A stretch of 64,000 nt of DNA from Octopus sinensis (taxonomy: Eukaryota): assembly GCF_006345805.1 (NCBI RefSeq), contig NC_043010.1, positions 7,936,001-8,000,000 on the forward strand. Reading direction: 5' to 3'. The first letter of the stretch is position 1. Each line of letters begins with the position of its first letter. Below are positions 13,570 through 25,791 of the stretch, piece after piece. The position numbers were made by a program, and so were the translations under genes. The notes under the pieces were generated by a model, which ran no database searches, was not told the DNA's origin, and worked only from the letters and a program-made list of their open reading frames with translations.

Positions 13570-13844
13570 AACTACCAAGAAGTGTGGAGAGACTGTCAGA
13601 AATTTTCTGTGATTTGTTTTCTCTTTTGTTCTCATTACAACTTATACCTAAGTACTCAGATTTGACATGTTTTCTGAAACAGCTGTTATCACAAAAATAT
13701 AGCTAAGGGTAGGTGGCAATTCTTTTATGGGGGTAGCACTTTTAGGTCTGCTAGGGCTTTGGTGGGGGAGAGGCTGCAAACTGAAGAGCAGTCCCACAGT
13801 TTAGCTATGACACTGTATTATCATACATAGATCTCTTTACTTAA

Positions 13845-14065
13845 CCCTTTTGTTACCAACCCGGCTGAAACCGGCTCTGGCTCTTTAGTATAAATGTCTT
13901 GTTTTCATAAGTTTTGAATTCAAATCTCCCACCAAATCTTAGTCACAATTTATGTTCCTAACACTAGCTTAATGATAGCGATGTTATTTTACTAAATTCT
14001 TTGTTATATTTAAAATAATTTGAAGAAACACAGAGCATCTCAAAATAAATACAGTAACAAAAGGG
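13845..14065. mobile_element. piggyBac-type MITE, 221 bp
   Basis: TTAA|CCCTTTTGTTAC...GTAACAAAAGGG|TTAA: perfect 12-bp TIRs with TTAA on both sides. Confidence 0.85.
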
Positions 14066-14534
14066 TTAAGCATTGGTTTATGGACATATTTCCTTCTTTT
14101 TATATTTCATGTAGAAAATAAATCACTGGAAAGAGAACAATTTTTATATCACATATCCAAATAATATTTTAAATTAAAAAAAGGATATTTTGATTATTAT
14201 CTTTGTATTTATTGCTAATCCTAGGAATCTAGAATGTATTATTTTTATATGAATTAATTTACTGTAATTTCTTTTCTTTTTTTACTACATGTGAAAATAA
14301 ACTGATAAGAAATTGCAATTCACAAGAAGAAAACATTTCATCTTTTTAAATATTTTACAATGAAATGTTTGTTCCAAGTGGGTTTCACTTTAGATTGTCA
14401 ACCTCTAAACCAGTGGAGCTTAACTTGGATAGTAGCAACCGGCACCCACTGAGTACATTGTGAGTTCACTAGTGGAGAAGTAAATATCAAGCATGAACTA
14501 TGGGGGCGGGTTAGAGGAGTCAGTATTTTTCATA

Positions 14535-14765
14535 GGCGGCAAGCTGGCAGAAACGTTAGCATGCCGGGCGAAATGCGTAGCCGTATTTCGTCTGCCGTTA
14601 CGTTCTCAGTTCAAATTCCGCTGAGGTCGACTTTACCTTTCATCCTTTCGGGGTCGATTAAATAAGTACCAGTTACGCACTGAGGTCAATGTAGTCGACT
14701 TAATCCGTTTGTCTGTCCTTGTTTGTCCTCTCTGTGTTTAGCCCTTTGTGGGTAGTAAAGAAATA
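14535..14765 (+). mobile_element. Family B SINE, B1 tail (tRNA head plus Meta/Nin-like core)
   Basis: B box GTTCAAATTCC; core cctttcatcctttcggggtcgat..aataagtaccagtt. Flanked by direct repeat AGTATTTTTCATAGG (14522-14536 and 14766-14780). Confidence 0.88.
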
Positions 14766-14864
14766 AGTATTTTTCATAGGAATAAAATATTTATACCCAG
14801 TACAATGCTTATTGTATAATAATCATTTTTCAAAAAAAATTTTTTGTCATGATTCCATCCATCC

Positions 14865-15130
14865 ATTTGTCCATCCTTCTCTGCCAACTATTCCTGAGAG
14901 CATTGTAGAGGTAGAATCCTTAGGTACTTCTTCCATAGGGCCCTATCAGAAGTAACCATCCCTATATTTTTCAACTGATTTCCCAAGCATAACCAACTGA
15001 GACTATGGATATTACTCACCCATCACATTCTTAGAATGCCCCTCGGTATTTTGCTGGTTGGCTTGGCTTGAAAAATCCATCTGGCAGCATTCTAATCATA
15101 TGTCCATTGAACTATCAGTGAATAGAAACA
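14865..15130 (-). mobile_element. RTE (Expander/Rex3-like) LINE 3' relic
   Basis: Minus-strand translation GHMIRM...SWLCLG...SDRALWKKYLRILP...EKDGQMDG ending in (GATG)n, like Expander/Rex3 3' ends; contains stops. Confidence 0.6.
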
Positions 15131-15606
15131 TGATAAAAGATGGGCTAAGGTCCAGGATGATTTGATTATATGATTCTTTGCTGTCCGTTGAAGTGTCCTT
15201 AAAAATTTAATATATACGGGTCACTAGTCAGTTAATAGAACTAAATGATGGCACATGATGGATAAGTTAATAAAAAAATTTGGGTAAGCTACTGCACGAA
15301 ATTAGCTTCTGTTTGAATAAAATAATTAAATAATCTGCATTTTATTCTTTGTTACAAAATATAAGGAAGACCTTATGTATTGTCATTAACATGAAGTTAT
15401 ATTCTGAAAACATATACTTGCAGCGAAACTTGTGTGTGTGTATGTGTGTGTGTGCATAATAGATATTATTTCATCTTAGTATTTTTATAGCTATTTTATC
15501 TAAATACCCACATTATGGATTTTATAATTCCACTAATTCAATCATCCATACAAAAATGTCATTAACGTTTTCAAACTAGTATACTTTCAATGATATTATT
15601 TGTCGA

Positions 15607-15652
15607 ATATATATACATATATATATATACAAATACATATATATACATATAC

Positions 15653-15687
<35 letters not shown>

Positions 15688-15903
15688 CACATATATATAT
15701 ATACATATATATATATATACATATACATATATATATATACATATATATACATATACATATATATACATATACATATATATACATATATATATATATATAG
15801 ATATATATACATATATTATATACATATATATATATACATATACATATATATACATATACATATATATACATTATATATATATACATATATATACTATATA
15901 TAC

Positions 15904-15949
<46 letters not shown>

Positions 15950-15950
15950 C

Positions 15951-15985
<35 letters not shown>

Positions 15986-16022
15986 CACACACACATATAT
16001 ATATATAAGAGAGAGAGAGAGA
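15607..16022. repeat. (TA)n/(TACA)n degenerate microsatellite plus (GA)n
   Basis: Directly visible; explains the IY-repeat ORFs. Confidence 0.95.
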
Positions 16023-16759
16023 GAGCAAAGATAAGGAAAACGAACGAGAACATGTGAGATTTTGTGGTTGAATTAGATTTAGGAAACATCTCTAATTTAG
16101 AATACAGTTAATAATAATTTGTAATTCAATACCCCAGTCAAAGTAATTGAGTTATTGTTTCAGCACTAAATATGAATCTCTCTTCTATTTCAGAATGATT
16201 TAATATAATAATTAAATCTAGCTTATCTTGTAAGACAGTTTGGATTTTATAAATTTGTGCATAGAAATACTGAAATAGTGTTTTTTGTTTATCTTTTTAA
16301 TGGCTTTGTTGGAGGGGGTAGGGTAGCTTTTATTTCCATTTGACTTTTTTTAAAATTTTGTATTAGGGCCTTCGTGACTGATAGGAGGATGTAATCCTGA
16401 CAGAAGACCTGACCCAAATGCTTGCAAGAGAGTGGACTCCCCTAAAGGAGGCACTCAAAAGTTAGGTATGTGGGGTGCTAAATGATTTACTACTCAAAAC
16501 CACACACACACACACAGAGATACACACTACACACACACACACAGATACACACACACACACACACACACACACATATGCATATACACACACACACACACAC
16601 ATGACAGGCTTCCAGTTTCTGTTTACCACATTACTGAACAAATAAATGGTTGGCCAAAGGTTGTGTAAGGTACCATGCAGTAAGACTGAACCTGAAGCCA
16701 CTTGCATTAAACCCACCATCTAAATACTACAGATCATAAGTTTCTTGTCTCAGAAAAAT

Positions 16760-17144
16760 GGAAGCACTCCGTCGGTTACGACGATGAGGGTTCCAGTTGA
16801 TCCGAATCAACGGAACAGCCTGCTTGTGAAATTAACGTGTAAGTGGCTGAGCACTCCACAGACACGTGCACCCTTAACGTAGTTCTCGGGGATATTCAGC
16901 GTCACACAGAGAGTGACAAGGCCGGCCCTTTGAAGTACAGGTACAACAGAAACAGGAAGTAAGAGTGAGAGAAAGTTGTGGCGAAAGAGTACAGCAGGGA
17001 TCACCACCATCCCCTGCCAGAGCCTCGTGGAGCTTTTTAGGTGTTTTTGCTCAATAAACACTCACAACGCCTGGTCTGGAAATCAAAACCGCGATCCTAT
17101 GACCGCGAGTCCGCTGCCCTAACCACTGGGCCATTGCGCTTCCA
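16760..17144 (-). mobile_element. Family D SINE, body variant D2, with 12-bp TSD
   Basis: Head TGGCCCAGTGGTTAGGGCAGCGGACTCGCGG; direct repeat TCTCAGAAAAAT at 16748-16759 and 17147-17158. Confidence 0.88.
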
Positions 17145-19034
17145 CTTCTCAGAAAAATACAGAAATTACTAACACATAGAAGAAATTCACATTTATGGTC
17201 AATCAATGATGACTTACTGCAGGTTGATTTTACAGTCTTTTAATTGTCCAGAGCTCTAATTATAAATGCAATTTGAGATCAAAATAATTTATACCATTTT
17301 TTTGACTCAGTTATATATTAAAATGTACATAAATTTGTATCATGGAATTTATACTGATTCATTTAACATTAAAAGAATTAAGATGTTATATCTATTAAGC
17401 TTCCCCTTTTATACAGATGTATTTTTGTTGATTCATTTTAGCTGATTACATTCCAAACATTTTTCTATTTTGTCCTCAAATCTTTTTGGATGCTAGAAAC
17501 TATTCTACAAATAATTGTTTCTAATAAAGGTAAAATGTCAGACACTCAAGAGAGAAGGCGGCAAGTCAATTAAATCAGCTCCAAGAATTTATTTTGCTGA
17601 ACCCTAAAGGAATGAAAAGTAAAGAACTGGAATTAGAACTGGAATTAAGAATGAAAGGAACCGGAAAAATACTCCAAGGAATTTTGTCCAACACTAATGA
17701 TTCTATGAAGATTCACCTACATTTCTACAAATGAAAAAGAACTAATTAGTTGTGTGCATAATTAAAATGGCCAGCTTATCTAAAATTATATCTGGGAAGT
17801 TCTAAATGAACAGTGTCCGCAGTATAATTCTGGTTTGAGTAGAATTTGGTTGCTATTTCTAACATGTCAAGTCAGCATGTAGAAGTTGCTTTATTGGTTT
17901 GTATTACAATAAGCATATAAACTAAGCAAACATTACAAGATTATATAAGTAGATTAAGTATGAAGCTTCGCTTCTTGGGAAATTCCAAAGTATTATAGTG
18001 ATATCTATAAATTCTACTGCTATTAGGGAAATATTTGTAACTGCTATAGTTATTGGGAAAAACTGAAATATTGATTGTATTTATGTTTTACAGTTTAACA
18101 CTGTTTGCACAGTTTTTAATTTCCTCTTGGATTTATTAGATGTGTTGGATATGTTAGTTGAGTCTCAATCTGTCTCCTTCTTGACCTATATCTCATTTAT
18201 TTTAACTATTCATCATACTTTCAAATAATAACCCCGGTATTAGTAACATCAACTACAATATTCCAGTCATTAAGCTGCTTCTGGTTATCCATTCCTCTGT
18301 TGCAAATGAAATTTAATGCCCTTAATACATAGCAATCTTCTTAGTTTATCCTACACAATTTATTCCCCAAAGAAATTTCCCAGTTATCAGAATGGTGATA
18401 TTTTCCAGATTTTGTTCTCTACTCAAAGACTACTATACATAAGAGAATAGCAGTTATGCTAAAGTACTGTAAGATTAAGCATAGGCATTATCAAAACCAA
18501 TTATAGAAATACTACAGCCAAGAATTAAATGGCCATCTAACTCACATCTTTGAATTCCATACATAGGTTCTTTCCAAAACCTATTGTAATATAATCCAGT
18601 GAAATGATGACTAATTCACATATCAAGATTCCACAAAATAAATGATATATTGCTCATTAAAGGAAATTCTGAAAGGCATAACTAAATTTTAAATGAGAAA
18701 TATCAACAGCTTTTTATATGGAAATGTATCATTGTAATGACACTATATCTAACATTTCTAATATTCTAAATGCAGATAATATTATTTGAAGATAGCCTAT
18801 TATTCTTAACAGTACAGCTAACAGTTAGAAGGAAGGCTATCACTTTAGGCATAATTACCAGTGATTTAGAAGCAGTTACTATAGAAATTCAGAAAGAGAA
18901 GCCAGTTTTCAACATCACTGATAAACACAATATTATTTAACATGATATTTCAAATATTTTGTCAATATTTCATTTATGGAATTTCAATGTCCAATGGAAA
19001 TTTAGCAGATAGCTTTCATGGTACATGATATAAT

Positions 19035-19275
19035 GTCGTCATCATCATCATCATTGCTATTTAATGTACATGGGTTGGACAGTTTGAGAGAAGCTGGCCA
19101 GCTGCAGAGCTGTCCAGGCCTCGTATCTGTTTTGACATAGTTTCTACAGCTGGATGCCCTTCCTCACACCAACCATTGTACAGAATATACTGGGTGCTTT
19201 TATGCAGCACTGGCACAGGTGCATTTACATGGCACCAGCATGGGTACCTTTTATATGGTACCGGCACCCAAGAAC
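19035..19275 (-). mobile_element. Family C copy
   Basis: (CAT)n, then tgggttggacagttt and tttctacagctggatgcccttcct. Confidence 0.7.
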
Positions 19276-19470
19276 CTGTAAGATTAGGAACACTCAGCTA
19301 AAGAGGGATGCAGGGAACATGTTAGAAATAATGAATTATTATTGTTGTTGCTATTGTTTTGCCACAGATCATCTCTGGTCTTGCGAGTCTATGCCTAAAG
19401 CCATTTCAACATGATCATCCCATTTTATTTTCTGTTAAGGAACCCAAAACTACAATTTCTAATGTACTCC

Positions 19471-19506
<36 letters not shown>

Positions 19507-20056
19507 ATGGTAGAGTGTAGCTTGAAGGATCTCTGCTATTTTGAACCACTGCATAGAAGCTACTTTGTTCATTCATATTATAATATTTCTATGAAGTAAA
19601 TTTCATATAAAGACACATGAACAGAAGACTTTGTATGCATTACAGAGAAGGTAAGATTTAAATTTTCATTGCATCAGACAAACAAAATACCATAAAAAGA
19701 AATGATAAAATTCTTAACAGTATTGTATAAAGAAAATCAAGGCTTCCTAATTAAACCATTTTAAAAACATTACTAAAAGAATCCTCCAAAACAAAACCAT
19801 ATGGTTAAATTCTATAGAGTTGGACTTTACATAACTATACACACACAGATACACACATATTCAAAAACACATAAGCACACATAGTCACGCATGTAAATCC
19901 AAGTTTGTAGAATTTGAACACCCAACTGCAAGATGCTGAACTCGATAACAACAAACATTTATTCCTTCTCTAACTGATCAGAATTGATTTAAAAATTGTT
20001 GCCATCTATAAATAACAATTACTGTGAATATAGAAGAATACTTATTCAATACAGAA

Positions 20057-20057
<1 letters not shown>

Positions 20058-20087
<30 letters not shown>

Positions 20088-20137
20088 TGATAATAATAAT
20101 AAAAATAATAATAATAATAATAAAAATAATAATAATG

Positions 20138-20192
<55 letters not shown>

Positions 20193-20225
20193 TAATAATA
20201 ATAATGATAATAATAATAATAATAA
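20058..20225. repeat. (AAT)n microsatellite
   Basis: Directly visible. Confidence 0.97.
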
Positions 20226-20227
20226 AA

Positions 20228-20780
20228 TGCCCTGATGCAGTACCAGGCAGTGGCTCTCATGGCTTCTGATCTTAACTGATTGGAAGTGTTATCATGTACA
20301 TTGTTTTGTCTTGGTATAAAAGATGGGCTACAGCAAATATTCTGCTCAATACCACAGATTTGCTTGTCAGTTGTTTGACCTTAACCTTGAGCATGTCCCT
20401 TAGTGGCTGACAATACGTGCATCTCTGATCACGAGCAGAAGTAGTGGGGGAGCATCATGGCCATGTGTTGAGAGGGATTCTTTGGAGTTTGAATGGTTCA
20501 CCTCTGGAAACATAGGTGTTTCGTTCAACATCCTAAAGCAACCCTTATTCAAGGACCTTTTGAGCAGGATGGGCTACTCAAACTGAAGAAAATTCTAACT
20601 GGGCCCCACCTGCAAGGTCATGTGCTGTTTATCTTGATATGAGATCACCATGTCGCGCACATATGGTTGTGATGCATGTGCCTGGTGTACCTTTATCAGA
20701 CGGGTAGTCATGATGGGTATATTGGGCTTCGTATATTTTACCCCAGTGTCACTTTGATGGCATGAACTGCTCTCTCACTC
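20228..20780. mobile_element. Unclassified ~550-bp element (X) embedded in (AAT)n
   Basis: GC-richer block with sharp boundaries and (AAT)n on both sides; no long ORF, TIR or tRNA head seen. Confidence 0.55.
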
Positions 20781-20824
<44 letters not shown>

Positions 20825-20840
20825 TAATAATAGTAATAAT

Positions 20841-21235
20841 GGTTTCAAATTTTCCCACAAGGGCAGCTTTTTTGTTGGGGAGAGGATGAGTCAATTACAT
20901 TGACCCCAGTACTCAACGGGTACTTAATTTATTGACCCCCAAAAGAATGAAAGGCAAAGTCAACATCAGTGGAATTTGAACTCAGAATGTAACAGCAGAC
21001 GAAATACCTATTTCTTTACTACCCACAAGGGGCTAAACACAGAGAGGACAAACAAGGACAAACGGATTAAGTCGATTATATCGACCCCAGTGCGTAACTG
21101 GTCCTTATTTAATCGACCCCGAAAGGATGAAAGGCGAAGTTGACCTCGGTGGATTTTGAACTCAGAACATAGCAGCAGACAAAATACCGCTAAGCATTTT
21201 GCCTGGCATGCTAACGATACTGCCTGCTTGCTACC
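20841..21235 (-). mobile_element. Composite B SINE (B1 joined to a headless B2 body)
   Basis: Two core copies; junction gaaatacc|tatttctttactaccc at 21008/21009. Confidence 0.8.
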
Positions 21236-21462
21236 TTAAATGATAATGAAACTAAAAAAATAATAATAATAATAATAATAATAAAATGTTCCATTGTTGT
21301 TACTTAAGGTCTCTGGGCAAGACTTGGAACAGGTTGTATAAAACAAAGCAACAACAATATAAATAATGATAATAATAATCTTTTCTATTATAGGCACAAG
21401 GCCTGAAATTTTGGTGGAGAGGGTTAGTCAATTACTCTAATAATCATAATAATAATAACAAC

Positions 21463-21493
<31 letters not shown>

Positions 21494-21555
21494 TAATATA
21501 ATAATAATAATAATAATGATAATAATGATAATAATAATAATAATAATAATAACAA

Positions 21556-21698
21556 TCCTTTCTACTATTGGCACAAGGCCTGAAATTTGGGGGAGGGGAC
21601 AGCTGATTACATTGATCCCAGTTCACAACTGGTACTTATTTTATCAACCCCAAAAGGATGAAAATGCAAAAGTCGACCTCAGTGGAATTTCAACTCAG
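21556..21698 (-). mobile_element. 5'-truncated B2 SINE inside (AAT)n
   Basis: tttctactattggcacaaggcctgaaatttggggg tail plus the core. Confidence 0.75.
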
Positions 21699-21722
21699 AA
21701 TAATAATAATAATATTAATAAC

Positions 21723-21777
<55 letters not shown>

Positions 21778-21785
21778 GAAATAAT

Positions 21786-22212
21786 AGAGAAACTATAAAT
21801 AGAGAAATCAAGGCTAATAGATCAGATATAATTGTCAGAGAAAAAGGATGCCCTCTAATCGATACCAACAGATGACAATGTTTCCCTAAAAGAAACAGAA
21901 ACTTTCAAAATGCAAAGAGCTGTTAATAGAAGTAACTCCAATGTGGAGCCTTAAAACAGAAACAATTCCTACAATAGTAGGTACATTAGATATGACAAAA
22001 ATATTCAGATATATACATAACAAAAACATCAGGACTTACAAGTATATACAACATACAGAAAATAGCACTACTGGACACCGCACACATCCTACGTAAGACA
22101 CTTTCAATATAGTGGAAGTAAGAACACCACAACAAACCACAGCACGTAACCAAGGCACACAGAGCTGCACTCAGTAGTGAAGTGAAAGCACGGGATGAAA
22201 ATATGACTACTG
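21786..22212 (+). mobile_element. R4/Dong-clade non-LTR retrotransposon 3' relic (restriction-like endonuclease domain)
   Basis: Frameshifted translation REIKANRSDIIV...DDNVSLKETE-LSKCKELLIEVTPMWSLKTETIPTIVGTL...NIQKIALLDTAHILRKTLSI*. These match RLE motifs (NRPD, EK-KY, IGALG, QK-A-LGTAHILR). (AAT)n on both sides. Confidence 0.78.
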
Positions 22213-22834
22213 AATAATAATAATGAGAATAATAATTATAGAATTTAGAATCCAGAGCAGATACCTGCCTGGCTGACCAAAGTAACTACCTACATACTAC
22301 CAACAACTGATGAGAGAAAATAGCATAAGAATTAACAGCCAATAACATGTCTTACTACTTTTTACAAGACCTTTCTTCACATCTGTAATAATTGGTAGAA
22401 TGTACACATTCCTTGAACTCCATCCTTCCACAAAAGCAAAAATGATGTAAAAGAAATTTCTTTGATTTCAAAGACCAATCACTCGTAAATAGATTGATCT
22501 TAGAAAAATTGCCACAGCAAAAACAAAATCTTGAGTTCAGCATGGATAGATTACAAGAAAGCTCTCCTATTTATCAACACTCACTGACCCTGACCATATT
22601 AATTTCCTCAGATTCTGGATTTTGCCAGGCATATCTGTGCAGTTAAAAATTCCACTTCGACATTTGTTTTTGGATCCAATCTTTCTGTACTCTGGAATGG
22701 CCAAGTGTCTTCTGTTGTAGCTACTTGGACAACCAATGCCTTGTAAGTGCTTTTAGTAAAATAGATATTTTGCAGAAGTCTTAGTTAATATTCTTTAATC
22801 ATATTCAGTTAATATTCTCATTGTTCACTTTATA

Positions 22835-23290
22835 GGTGCAGGCATAGCTATGTGGTAAGGAGTTTGCTTCCCAACCACGTAGCTCCAGGTTCAGTCCCAC
22901 TGAGTGGCACCTTGGGCAAATGTCATCAACTATAGCCTCAAGCTGACCAAAACCCTTGTAAAATGATTTCATTGGGGGAAATGGAAAGAAGCCCATCATA
23001 TATGTATGTATATATATATATGTGTGTGTGTGTGCATGTGCGTGTATGTGTGTGTGTGTGTATGTGTGTGTGTGTGTATGTGTATTTGCTTGTGACTGTG
23101 CTTGTCCTTCACCACTACTTGATAACCAGTGTTGGTGTGTTTATGTCCCTGTGGTCTAGCAGTTCAGCAAAAGAGACCAATAGAATGAGTACTTAAAAAG
23201 ATGTACTGGGATCAATTCATTTAACAAAGGCTTTTCAAGGCAGTGCCCCAGCATAACCACTGTCTAATGACTGAAACAAAGTAAAGAAAC
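22835..23290 (+). mobile_element. Older family A SINE
   Basis: Diverged head, CORE-like block and tail. Confidence 0.75.
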
Positions 23291-23319
23291 GATAAAACAT
23301 GTGTTAAATATTTTATATG

Positions 23320-23622
23320 TGGAGGCACATGGCTTAGTGGTTAGAGCAGCAGACTTGTGGTTGAGGGATCATGGGTTCCAATCTCAGACCGGGCGATGTG
23401 TGTGTTAATGAGCAAAACACCTAAGCTCCACGCAGCTCTGGCAGAAGGTAATGGCGAATGTCTGCTGACGCTTTCGCCACAACATTCTCTCACTCTTTCC
23501 TTCTGCATCTTGCAGCTCACCTGTGATGGACCTGCGTCCCATCCAGGTGGGGAACCTATACGCCAAAGAAACCAGGAAACCGGCCCTATGAGCCAGGCAT
23601 TGCTTGAGAAAGACCAAACAAA
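23320..23622 (+). mobile_element. Family D SINE, body variant D3 with V-domain-like segment
   Basis: D head (tggcttagtggttagagcagcagac...gagcaaaacacctaagctccacg), then gtgatggacctgcgtcccatccagg, resembling the V-SINE domain. Confidence 0.65.
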
Positions 23623-24018
23623 TATTTTAGATGTATTTTCACAAGCTTGTTATGCCAACCTTTTGCACCCACTTGAATTTAGAGTATCAGCATAATAGCT
23701 AGTATGCTAGTGTAGTCTATTAGCATAATGAATTTCTTTCCAATCATTTTACTTCTCATAGACAAAACACTCATATGTATGTGTATGTGATGGTGTGTGC
23801 ATGGAATAATGTGTATGTGTGTTTGTGTTTGTATATGTGTGTGCATGTGTATCTCATGTGTATGTGCATTTGTATGATGGCATATTTTTATGTCTTCATA
23901 AATTAGAGGTTCAGCAAAACAGTAAATGATAGAATAAATACCAGACATTCAAAAAAGTACTTGGGTAGATTTGATCTACTAATCCAACCCATGCCAGCAT
24001 GGAAAACGGACGCTAAAC

Positions 24019-24054
<36 letters not shown>

Positions 24055-24122
24055 GATACGTCTCAGCAGAGACAAATAAAACACAATGAAAAATAAAATC
24101 AAATAAAAAATTAAAATATATA

Positions 24123-24500
24123 GGCATAGGAGTGGCTGTGTGGTAAGTAGCTTAATTATGAACCACATGGTTCCGGGTTCAGTCCCACTGTGTGTCACCT
24201 TGGGCAAGTGTCTTCTACTATAACCTCGGGCTGACCAAAGCCTTGTGAGTGGATTTGGTAGACGGAAACTGAAAGAAGCCCAACGTATATATGTATGTAT
24301 GTGTGTGTGTATATGCTTGTGTGTCTGTGCCTTTCCCCCCAACATCGCTTGACAACCGATGCTGGTGTGTTTATGTCTCCGTAACTTAGCAGTTGGCAAA
24401 AGAGACCAATAGGCTTACAAAGAGTAAGTCCTGGGGTTGATTTGCTCTATCGACTAAAGGCGGTGCTCCAGCATGGCCACAGTCAAATGACTGAAGAGAG
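24123..24500 (+). mobile_element. Family A SINE
   Basis: Head-to-tail match. Confidence 0.87.
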
Positions 24501-24576
24501 GTATTAATTAGTTGGCATCTCTAAATAATCTAAATTTTCAGAAAGTCCTTTGCTTTTTTCCAACAAATATAAATTA

Positions 24577-25524
24577 TACGAAGTGATATCAAAAGTTTCC
24601 TGGACTAGTTATGCTTAATACAAAATAACTTACTTCCCAAAGTTTTAACACCATCTCCTTCAAACAAAATAACTAATTTCTCAAAGTTTTAACATCAGCT
24701 TCTTCAAAACAGTCACCTTGTACAGCAGTACACTGGTCCCAATGTTCCTGCCATTTTAGGAATCTGGTTTGGAAGTTGCTTACTGTAAGCACGTTGAGGA
24801 GCTTCTGTGATGCACTCCGGATCTCAACAACAGTGTTAAAATGGTGACCATTGAGCTGCATTTTCATCTTGGGGAACAGATAGAAGTCCACTGGTGCTAA
24901 ATCTGGCGAATAAGTGGGGTGTGGAAGCAATACCATGTTGTTTTAGGTGAGAAACTCATGAGTGAGGAGAATTCATTGAAGAATCTAATTCTTCATGCTC
25001 CACAGATCCGGTCGCTTTCACTGAATGCCCTCCCTCAAACAGTTCAAAACATCACAGTTGAACTCTCAATTGATGGCCTGGCTCTGGGGAATGAATTCTT
25101 GATGTACAATACCACATTTCTAGAGATGACGCTTGTGGCAGTTCTTGCAGATTGTTCATTGTCTTCCAGGGGTGTTCTGCTTCAGAAGTGCCTGTGCCAC
25201 TCTAAACATTGCATACATACAACCCATTACATCATCGCCATAAACTTACTGAAGCATGCTCAATGTCTCTGTAGCAGACTTCCCAAGTTTAACACAAAAT
25301 TTTACATTGGCTCTTTGCTCCTGTCCATGACAAAATTGCAGACTACTGCATACACGTGATCACAAAAACACAAATTTCACAACTTGCAAAGTAAACCCAG
25401 TGATGTCACCTAGCACACTGCCTCATGAAGGTCACTGCTAGCTCTCATTACACATACAATTCTGTGCTGCCATCTGTTGGCACACTACAGAGCTAGTCCA
25501 AGAACCTTTTGATATCACCTTCTA
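24577..25524 (-). mobile_element. Mariner (D34D) internally deleted element, ~950 bp
   Basis: 34-bp imperfect TIRs (28/34 identical), TA-flanked. Minus-strand translation EQRANVKFCVKLGKSATET (HTH), GIVHQEFIP, and YSPDLAPVDFYLFP...WDQC...GDCFE. Multiple stops. Confidence 0.92.
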
Positions 25525-25536
25525 TATATATATATA

Positions 25537-25741
25537 GTTAATCCAAACAAGAAAGCACAAAAAAAACACAACAACGCAAGGACGTGGAACAAATATAGTA
25601 TTATTGGACGCTCAGGAAAGAAGGGAAGAAGGAGGGTTTAACGTTTCGAGCGGAGCTCTTAGTCGGAAACATAGGAGAAGGAAAGATCCAGAGAAGGGAA
25701 GACAGAGGAAAAAAAATCGCCAACGGTACACACGAGGTCAC

Positions 25742-25743
<2 letters not shown>
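25537..25743 (-). mobile_element. Penelope-like terminal fragment with a hammerhead-like motif
   Basis: Minus strand 25670-25636 reads GTTT-CCGACTA-A-GAG-CTCCG-CTC-GAAA-CG-T-T-AAAC; (TA)n on both sides. Confidence 0.5.

Positions 25744-25791
<48 letters not shown>

Noticed and set aside
16350-16441. Apparently strong terminal exon (CTAAC...cctttAG|GESTLLQAFGSG...*, AATAAA nearby)
   Set aside because: A diverged copy (gtgcctttagcagaatccattctgctgcaagcatttg) lies on the opposite strand at about 29970, so it is a dispersed repeat. Exonisation is not excluded but is unsupported.
24919-25359. 146-aa plus-strand ORF
   Set aside because: Antisense shadow of the mariner relic.
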